In this document: in pieces, positions 54,747-61,218 of the stretch | How the letters are laid out: each line of letters opens with the position of its first letter | Position numbering within the stretch: position 1 is the stretch's first letter | DNA from: Planctomycetota bacterium | Lineage (GTDB): Bacteria > Planctomycetota > UBA1135 | Assembly: GCA_045047305.1 (NCBI GenBank) | Contig: JASFYO010000015.1 | Location: 1 to 61,218, forward strand | Direction: 5' to 3' | Length of the DNA: 61,218 bases | Program-made: the position numbers and the translations under genes | The notes under the pieces: model-generated | What the model saw: the letters and a program-made list of their open reading frames with translations, nothing else | Told to the model about the DNA's origin: nothing | Database searches by the model: none

Positions 54747-55064
54747 TTAACGCTTGAACCAGGGGATCCATGGATCGCCATGTCCACCGGCGGTTGCCAT
54801 AATCCAAGCGATGTTGATGGGCGCGGTTACGAGATCTATGAACAATGTCGCAGGCGTTGCCACGATGGCTAAGTAGGGAGGAAAACTTCTCCAATCCACC
54901 TCGCCTACCGCTTGAAAAGGGGCATCGATTCGTCCTTCCAATTGAGAATGCCTTGGAGCCACAAATTCGCTTTTCCACATTTGTTCGGTGAGGCTACACG
55001 TCCTTAACGTGGCCAAACTTAGCAAACAAATGCTGGCGATGGCTAAAAGTTTGCGCTTCCCCAT
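54747..55064 (-). CDS. Small exported/membrane hypothetical protein (weak YceK/YidQ-like resemblance)
   Basis: Signal-like N-terminus and a hydrophobic C-terminal segment (TLFIDLVTAP); -10-like box 6 nt upstream. Confidence 0.5.
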   Translation of the reverse strand: MGKRKLLAIASICLLSLATLRTCSLTEQMWKSEFVAPRHSQLEGRIDAPFQAVGEVDWRSFPPYLAIVATPATLFIDLVTAPINIAWIMATAGGHGDPWIPWFKR

Positions 55065-55073
55065 GGGGATAGG

Positions 55074-56054
55074 CTAACGGATTGATTGCTGTGCGCGCCA
55101 ATGCAAATACATTTGACGACCTTCAAAGCGCCCTTTCCATGCCGGGATGATCGCCCTGACGCCGAATAGGTTGCGATTTTTCCAAACCAACCGCAAAAGG
55201 CCTCCGCCGACGCCCCAGGCTAAACCTGGACATGGGAAGTTCCCTACAAGCAAGGCAAACAGCATATGAACGCAGCGGCCGATGGGGCCATAACCTTTCA
55301 TTAATGCATAGGTTTCGTTGGCCGCGTTGTTGAAGATGGCGGTGGAGTCGAAGCGTTCGGTGTTGAGGACTCGCGGTGCTTCATGGTGGTCGGCCTCGAC
55401 TTCTGGGTCGAATAGCAGGCGGAAACCCTGACGTTTTACCCCAAGACAAGCGTCCATCTCGAAACGGAAACAGTCTCCGCGCAGATTGGAATCAAAACCA
55501 CCGGCCTTACGCAGTGGTGCCAAACGCAAACTCATGTTGGCGCCACGGTAGTGATCCACTTCGACCACGCGGTCGGTATGGCGCGTGCTTTGATCCATCA
55601 CTAGGCCTGGAAAAATCACGCGGTTGCGAAAGCGCGCGCGACGCTGCTCCGGCTTGCCATGGATAAAGTTAATCGCTGGCCCGGCGACCCCGCCGATGCG
55701 TTCGTCCCTTTCATAGTGGCGTGCGATGTTTTCCAACCAAAATGGACGCGCAATCGCATCGTCATCCAGCAGGCAGCCAACGTCCCCAGTCGCAGCATCC
55801 AGGATGGCGTTCTCCGCCACCACAATCCCGGGATCGGTCAGCATAACCTTGACAATATTCATCTTCGGGTTGTGCTGAATGAAGTTGTCTACGGTTTCTA
55901 CACCCTCTGGATCCAAGTCCCCACGTAAAGAGACCAAAACCTCGTCCGGCTGCCGCGACTGTAGCGCCAAGGCCTCTAAGTTGAGACGCAGCAGGTCTGG
56001 TCGCTTGAGTGTCGGCACAAAAACCGAAAACCGAAGTTTAAATTTTGGGTTCAT
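55074..56054 (-). CDS. Glycosyltransferase family 2
   Basis: SVFVPTLKR, LLDDD, GANMSLR, GGFD, EMDAC. Confidence 0.9.
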   Translation of the reverse strand: MNPKFKLRFSVFVPTLKRPDLLRLNLEALALQSRQPDEVLVSLRGDLDPEGVETVDNFIQHNPKMNIVKVMLTDPGIVVAENAILDAATGDVGCLLDDDAIARPFWLENIARHYERDERIGGVAGPAINFIHGKPEQRRARFRNRVIFPGLVMDQSTRHTDRVVEVDHYRGANMSLRLAPLRKAGGFDSNLRGDCFRFEMDACLGVKRQGFRLLFDPEVEADHHEAPRVLNTERFDSTAIFNNAANETYALMKGYGPIGRCVHMLFALLVGNFPCPGLAWGVGGGLLRLVWKNRNLFGVRAIIPAWKGRFEGRQMYLHWRAQQSIR

Positions 56055-57202
56055 GCTCCAGCCAACTCCAAAGCTCTTGCATAAGAAGCTACGTGTTCCT
56101 TTGCCGCCTTCTCCCAGGTAAAGGTTGCTGCATGTTCGAAACCACGTTGCACTAAGGCGTCACGTTCAGCGCCGGGAGTCGTTGCAATCATGAGAGCATC
56201 TGCAATGCCTTGAGTATCTTGTGGGTCTACAAGCAGGCCTGCGTCCGCGGTGACTTCAGTTAAGGAGCAGGCGTCGGCTGCAACTACAGGGGCGCCACAA
56301 GCCATGGCTTCAATCACGGGGATTCCAAATCCCTCAAGGAAGGAGATCAATGCAAAGGTAGCGCAGCACCCATAAAGTCGGGAGATGTCTTCATCGTCAA
56401 CAAAGCCGGTGAGTAACACGTTGGCGTCGTGCCCGCGGTCAACGATGCGTTGCCACATCTCGTCGTAGAGCCAGCCTTTGGCGCCGGCCAAAACGAGTTG
56501 CCCCTCAAAGCCCCGTTTGCGCATTTCTTGATAGGCCGCACACAAGCCCTCGATGTTTTTATTGGGTTGCAAGGTGCCGAGGTAAAGCACGAAGCCAGTA
56601 TCGATTGCGTAACGCTCTTTCAGTCGCGCTAAATCCTTTTCCGGATCCTCTGATTTGGTCAAGCCTGGAGAAATGCCGTGGTAAATCGCTTGCACTCGTT
56701 CTGGATCTATCTGTAAACGTTCGACGATATCTCGTTTGGAAAACTCAGAAACCGTTAACACCAAATGCGCTCGTTTTGCAGACGACGGAACTGTTGCCGT
56801 GCGTTCGCGGATCCACTCCTTTGGCAATCCTTCGGGGGCACGCAGGAATGCAAGGTCATGAATCGTGACCACCCTTGCCGACTTTCGACTAGGTGGGATT
56901 AGGTCAAAGGGGCCGTGGAATAAATCATGCTTGCCGGCAGTCCATTCTGCGGGGGTTCCGAGCGCACGCAAAATCTGTGGCGGAATACGCGACACCTTGA
57001 AATCAGAGATCCCAGCGAGCTCACAAGTTTCAGCCATTTTTTTCAGGTGCTGTCCGCGAAAAAAGTTGAAGTACAAACCCAATTCCCAATCCGACGGCAT
57101 GACCTTCGGAATGTTGAGCAACATTTCCATGCCGTAGCGATAGGCACCACCTTTGTGGTAGCCAGACAGTGCCATGGCGGTGGCGTCGAAGAGGATTTTC
57201 AT
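56051..57202 (-). CDS. Glycosyltransferase family 4
   Basis: VVTIHDL, TVSEFSK, GTLQPNKN, EGFGIPVIEAMACG. Confidence 0.92.
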   Translation of the reverse strand: MKILFDATAMALSGYHKGGAYRYGMEMLLNIPKVMPSDWELGLYFNFFRGQHLKKMAETCELAGISDFKVSRIPPQILRALGTPAEWTAGKHDLFHGPFDLIPPSRKSARVVTIHDLAFLRAPEGLPKEWIRERTATVPSSAKRAHLVLTVSEFSKRDIVERLQIDPERVQAIYHGISPGLTKSEDPEKDLARLKERYAIDTGFVLYLGTLQPNKNIEGLCAAYQEMRKRGFEGQLVLAGAKGWLYDEMWQRIVDRGHDANVLLTGFVDDEDISRLYGCCATFALISFLEGFGIPVIEAMACGAPVVAADACSLTEVTADAGLLVDPQDTQGIADALMIATTPGAERDALVQRGFEHAATFTWEKAAKEHVASYARALELAGA

Positions 57203-58353
57203 TGGGGGAGGCTCATCGCCTGACGATAGGCCGCGCAATGTTGCTCGGCGCATTTTCGCCAGGAGAATAAAGAGGAGTGCTTCAATCCTCGGGCGCGTAG
57301 ATTCTCGCAGAGCGCAGAGTCTTCGTCGATGCGCAGGATGAGTGCGGCAAGGCCCTCCGTGTCGTCGGCATCGAAAAGTTCTGCTGCACCGCCGGCGACT
57401 TCAGGTAGGGCACCACGGTCTGAACAAAGCACTACCGTTCCGGCAGCCATCGCTTCGATGACGGGCATGCCGAATCCTTCATAACGCGAGGGCAACACCA
57501 TGGCATGAGCGCCAGCGGTGAGGGGCGCCAAATCCTCCTGCTCGATGAAGCCGAGGAATTTCACATGCTTTCGAAGCAATGGGCTGGCGTTGGCAACCTC
57601 CCGTACGGCATCTGCTTTCCATCCAGCACGCCCAGCTACAGCAAGGTCGGCCTTCAACCCCTTTTCGAGTGCGATGGCGTAGGCTTTTAGCAGCATAGGG
57701 AGATTTTTTTTCGGCTCGACCGACCCAAGGAACAAAAAGTAAGGGCGTTCCGTCAGTCCGAATTTCTCACGTATTGGGGCAATCTGTTGTGGCTGGTCGC
57801 GTACGCGGCGAAAATCCTCCTCAATCCCATGGTAAATCACTTCCGTGCGCCCGAGAGGGACACCGTAGTGGCGGACCAAATCCTGGCGCGTGTGTTCGCT
57901 TACGCAAATCCACAATGCTGCCTTCGATGCAAGGCTCTCGGTTCCCTCTTGCAATCGTGCAACCCAACGTGGATCTAAGAACTGCGGGTGATGTAGGTAC
58001 ATCAAATCATGTGCAGTCACAACAATTCGTCCATGCGTAGGGAGTTTCCAGACCGGTTCCGGCACATGCACTACATCTTGTTTGCCGCAATACCATTCAA
58101 GATGCCCACCAATACGGGAGGATGCATCTAGCCACTCCGGCGATGCCCACCAATGGTGAATCTGCGCCCCGCGCTTGCGATACGCGCGGAGGCCCCGTCC
58201 ATGTTTTGGATTGAGGAATGCCGAAAACAAAGCGAAGTCTTGATCCGGCGCTCGTTGTGCCAGAAGTTCAGGCACTAACTTATGCCAGTAAGAATCGATG
58301 CCGCCGAAATTACTGACGCGAGCCAGGCGGTGGCCCTCAAGGAGAATCTTCAT
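57199..58353 (-). CDS. Glycosyltransferase family 4
   Basis: VTAHDL, GSVEPKKN, SRYEGFGMPVIEAMAAG. Confidence 0.92.
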   Translation of the reverse strand: MKILLEGHRLARVSNFGGIDSYWHKLVPELLAQRAPDQDFALFSAFLNPKHGRGLRAYRKRGAQIHHWWASPEWLDASSRIGGHLEWYCGKQDVVHVPEPVWKLPTHGRIVVTAHDLMYLHHPQFLDPRWVARLQEGTESLASKAALWICVSEHTRQDLVRHYGVPLGRTEVIYHGIEEDFRRVRDQPQQIAPIREKFGLTERPYFLFLGSVEPKKNLPMLLKAYAIALEKGLKADLAVAGRAGWKADAVREVANASPLLRKHVKFLGFIEQEDLAPLTAGAHAMVLPSRYEGFGMPVIEAMAAGTVVLCSDRGALPEVAGGAAELFDADDTEGLAALILRIDEDSALCENLRARGLKHSSLFSWRKCAEQHCAAYRQAMSLPQ

Positions 58354-59492
58354 CGTTGCAGTTCATGGTACGCGGCGTCGACACTGTCCCAGTGTTTCTG
58401 CGGTGCAAATTCGTGCCGCACCCATTGGCGCATGCCTTGTCCCATGGTTGGCAATACTGAAAGGTCCTGTGCAATCTGCTGCAATGTTTTGCGCAAAGCT
58501 TCGTGATTCTCGCTGGGAAAGGTCCAGCCACGGCCGGCGCCAAGTAGCTCGGGAACTCCACCGGCATGACTAGCGATGGATGGCCTTCCACGAGCCCCAG
58601 CCTCTAAAACAGTGAGTGGAGAGTTCTCAGGCACTCGCGATGGCAGGACTTGGATGTTGGATCGCGCGTAGCCGGCTTCCATTTCTTGTGATGAGCAGAA
58701 GCCTAAAAAGCGAACCCGAGCATCAAGGCCTAAGGAGGAGCACAAGGACTTGAGGTTGTCTTCCTGGTCGCCGCAACCCGCAATTTCCAATGTTGCCTGG
58801 CCAAGTTCGCCTGCATTGCCAGCCATAGCTTGAAGAAGCAGGTCAACGCCCTTGGAACGGTATAGGGTTCCAGCGAAAAACAGGCGTAATCGATCTTGAG
58901 GCAGTGGATAAGCATTAGCAACCTCGATTGGAAGGCGCTGAAGTCGCGCCTTTCCCCGAGGGAAATGGAGTTGGGACTGGAGCGCTTCGGTGGGGCAAAG
59001 GAAGCACTGGGTGCTACGAAATACAGCTTCTCGTGCTTTTGCCAGAGATTGACGATCGAGGGCTTTTTTGAGAATCCCAGAAACCCCAGAACGCTTTAAT
59101 CCCCAAGGGTTTGGGTCGATAAGGGAAAAGTCGTGCACCGTCATTAACAGGGGAACGCCCAATTTAAAGATAGTAGGGAAAATCGTTCTGCGGAAAGCAG
59201 AGCAATTTTGCACATGCACCAGGTCGGGCCCTTGTTCTTGGATCCAAGCCTTCAAGGAAGCAGCTAGTGGGGCGTGAAAATTATGGAAATCACGACGTCG
59301 CTGCAGGGGAGACTGTGGCCACGCATACTGGAAGTGGGCTTGGTCTTGGGGTGGAACTATGCCCGAGGCCTCATCAAGGCAGTACAGGCGGTTCTCGTGC
59401 CCTCTGCGGGCCATCTCAGGCAAGAGCCTCTTGAGGTAGGCGGTTGCCCCCCCGTGGATGTGCGGTGCGTCGTGAAAATGGAGAATTCGCAT
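58350..59492 (-). CDS. Glycosyltransferase family 4
   Basis: GGATAY, MTVHDF, KGVDLL, PENSPLTVLEA, GGVPEL. Confidence 0.9.
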   Translation of the reverse strand: MRILHFHDAPHIHGGATAYLKRLLPEMARRGHENRLYCLDEASGIVPPQDQAHFQYAWPQSPLQRRRDFHNFHAPLAASLKAWIQEQGPDLVHVQNCSAFRRTIFPTIFKLGVPLLMTVHDFSLIDPNPWGLKRSGVSGILKKALDRQSLAKAREAVFRSTQCFLCPTEALQSQLHFPRGKARLQRLPIEVANAYPLPQDRLRLFFAGTLYRSKGVDLLLQAMAGNAGELGQATLEIAGCGDQEDNLKSLCSSLGLDARVRFLGFCSSQEMEAGYARSNIQVLPSRVPENSPLTVLEAGARGRPSIASHAGGVPELLGAGRGWTFPSENHEALRKTLQQIAQDLSVLPTMGQGMRQWVRHEFAPQKHWDSVDAAYHELQR

Positions 59493-59607
59493 GAGGTATG
59501 CTGGCTGCGCTGAGTTTATCGGGCGCGAGGGGGTGTAAGCTCATGAATTCAAGTGAGTTATATCGATGGTGGGGTCTTGAAAACAAGAACGAATACGAAT
59601 CCACAAC

Positions 59608-59636
59608 CCTAAGTCATTCTTATTAAACGACTTAGG
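59608..59636. promoter_or_regulatory. Palindromic site in the divergent intergenic region
   Basis: CCTAAGTC-N13 (AT-rich)-GACTTAGG perfect inverted repeat. Confidence 0.5.
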
Positions 59637-59777
59637 CATACTTTAGCGCTTTACTCAGAAAAAGCGGTCAAATAAGAGGGGGCTCTTCCGATAACACCTC
59701 CATGGGCTTTGGTCCTGGTTTGGAAAATTCCAAAAAAGGCCTTGCCCAGACCTGCCGCGTTGGCAAAATGTTCCGCC

Positions 59778-59810
59778 AACTTTCACAAAGGCTCCCGCTA
59801 CGTGAAAGTT
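59778..59810. promoter_or_regulatory. Palindromic site upstream of the beta-barrel gene
   Basis: AACTTTCAC-N15-GTGAAAGTT perfect inverted repeat. Confidence 0.5.
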
Positions 59811-59907
59811 TGCATTAAACAATCCATCTCTCGCCGACAAAGGCCATTCAGGCCAGTCAGCAGAAACATAATCCAAGTGCCCTTTGGGCCATAAGAGGAA
59901 GTTTCGA

Positions 59908-61164
59908 ATGAAGGTTCGCCTGTTCACTCTCGCAGCAGCAGCTGCGATCACTCTGACAAGTCAGGGTGTAGCACAACAAAACGACAGCCTAGAGCGCGCT
60001 CTTGCTGATCTTAACTCTGGTCTTACTGCACCTGCCGGCAACGGTGGCGTCGCAATCGCTGGTGATTTCCGCGCTCGTAACCGTTGGCACAAAAGCGATG
60101 ACGCTAATGCAACCAACAACCGCGACGTTGACACCCGTGCACGTTTGACTTTCACATTCAACGTAACCGAGTCCTCCACTGCATTCGTCGGCTTCAACGG
60201 CCGCGAGTCCTGGGGCGACGGTGGCTTTGGTACCACTCCTGGTAGTTTCGACGATCCAGTAGATGCGTTCCAACTCACCCGTTCTTGGGTTTCTGTCGAC
60301 AGCCTATTCGGCGAAGGCGGCACCTCCAAGATTGGTCGTGATTACTACACCGCAGGCTCTGGCCGCATTCTGGGCACCGACGAGTGGGACAACCGTCCTG
60401 CAACTCAGTCTGGTATCTGGTTCAGCCACCCAGCTGGTGGCGTAAACTTTAGCTTCGCAATGCTGAACGGCGTTGAGCGTGGCTTTGGTTCGACCGCACC
60501 ATCTCCAACCTCCCTCCTCGATGAGGGTGACGACATGGTTTACATCGTTGGCCTTGATTGGGTTTGCGATTACGTTGAGCAGCTTGGCCCAATGCACGTG
60601 GCTCCTTACTGGATCCGCAACGAAGACACTGGTGCAGAGTTCGCAACTTGGCTCGGCATCTTGTTCTCTGGTGAGCTGATGGGCTTCGGTTACGAAGCTG
60701 AGTACGCTGCCTATGACATGGGCGCTGTAGACGGAGACGCATGGTACATTTCTACTTCCCTCGACCTCGATGCTCTTGAGAGCATTCCTGGCGTGGACAA
60801 CGGTGGACTTGACATCGCGCTTTCCAGCTCGGACGACATGTTCGCTACCACCGGAACTACCCGCTACCACAACGCAGCTGGTTTCTCCGATCGCCTCGGC
60901 GCTGGTGGTCTTTGGACCGCTGACACCGACACCTGGCAAGTCGGCCTTAGCTTCTCCCCTGCAGAGGGTTGGACCGGTCGTGTTGCAGTCGCCAACGTTG
61001 AAACTGGTGCCACTGAGTGGGACGAGATTGACGTTTCTGTCGGAACCACCTTTGGTGGCAACGTAGAAGGTTGGTTCGGCTACGCAATGGTCGATGCTAA
61101 GCAAGGCGCATTCGGTGACGAAGACACCTTCTGGGCTGTCCTCGACCTCGGCTTCGGTCAGTAA
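59908..61164 (+). CDS. Outer-membrane beta-barrel protein (porin / alginate-export-like), probably abundant
   Basis: SD GAGGA, signal peptide, GDFRAR, RARLTFTF, KIGRD, GRILGTDEW, alternating aromatic strands; strongly biased codons; own terminator. Confidence 0.7.
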   Translation: MKVRLFTLAAAAAITLTSQGVAQQNDSLERALADLNSGLTAPAGNGGVAIAGDFRARNRWHKSDDANATNNRDVDTRARLTFTFNVTESSTAFVGFNGRESWGDGGFGTTPGSFDDPVDAFQLTRSWVSVDSLFGEGGTSKIGRDYYTAGSGRILGTDEWDNRPATQSGIWFSHPAGGVNFSFAMLNGVERGFGSTAPSPTSLLDEGDDMVYIVGLDWVCDYVEQLGPMHVAPYWIRNEDTGAEFATWLGILFSGELMGFGYEAEYAAYDMGAVDGDAWYISTSLDLDALESIPGVDNGGLDIALSSSDDMFATTGTTRYHNAAGFSDRLGAGGLWTADTDTWQVGLSFSPAEGWTGRVAVANVETGATEWDEIDVSVGTTFGGNVEGWFGYAMVDAKQGAFGDEDTFWAVLDLGFGQ

Positions 61165-61184
61165 GTCTTAGGACTTCGAAATAC

Positions 61185-61218
61185 AAGACGGGCATCCTTC
61201 TGGATGCCCGTCTTCTTT
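61185..61218 (+). terminator. Rho-independent terminator
   Basis: aagacgggcatcc-ttct-ggatgcccgtctt then cttt. Confidence 0.85.

Noticed and set aside
60304..61104. Long antisense or alternate-frame ORFs (also 12589..13278, 20581..21294, 21596..22291, 30195..30845, 44353..45270, 49743..50378)
   Set aside because: Shadows of well-supported genes, expected from GC and codon bias; no recognisable motifs.

Overview
A compact bacterial chromosomal segment made up mostly of housekeeping genes. The gene mix suggests Planctomycetota (FG-GAP/ASPIC protein, membrane-anchored prenyltransferase-fold proteins, split coaC/coaB, tpiA-secG-yicC-gmk block); this is inference, not a phylogenetic result. In order: a frameshifted FG-GAP/ASPIC-UnbV surface protein, an ABC-F ATPase, a biotin operon (bioB, a fused bioF-bioD, bioA), a YyaL-like lipoprotein, a PD-(D/E)xK (Card1/DUF1887-like) nuclease embedded in long disordered arms, tRNA-Phe, ribF, def, a TPR protein, rpsT, a cytochrome c lipoprotein, a secreted protein, two tandem prenyltransferase-fold paralogues, a SurA/PpiC-like protein, mfd, a VPS10/BNR protein, an uncharacterised Cys-rich flavoprotein-like ORF, cupin, rnc, fabI, thiD, a porin + small binding protein + hybrid kinase triad, dgt, aroF-tpiA-secG-pyrE-yicC-gmk-coaC-sulfatase-like-coaB-sulfatase-like, ftsK-rimO-pgsA-sigma54 activator, four glycosyltransferases and a beta-barrel outer-membrane protein. 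No CRISPR array, rRNA, integrase or transposase was seen. Best leads for new biology: (1) the nuclease with RNase E-like scaffold architecture, (2) the porin/binding protein/kinase signalling triad, (3) a possible FabX/nitronate monooxygenase-like Fe-S flavoprotein, (4) Thr-nucleophile membrane 'sulfatases' interleaved with the CoA genes, (5) a shared ECF-type promoter on the prenyltransferase pair, (6) a C8-tract frameshift, (7) the BioF-BioD fusion, and (8) widespread near-leaderless promoters. All family assignments come from motif recognition by eye; no searches were run.
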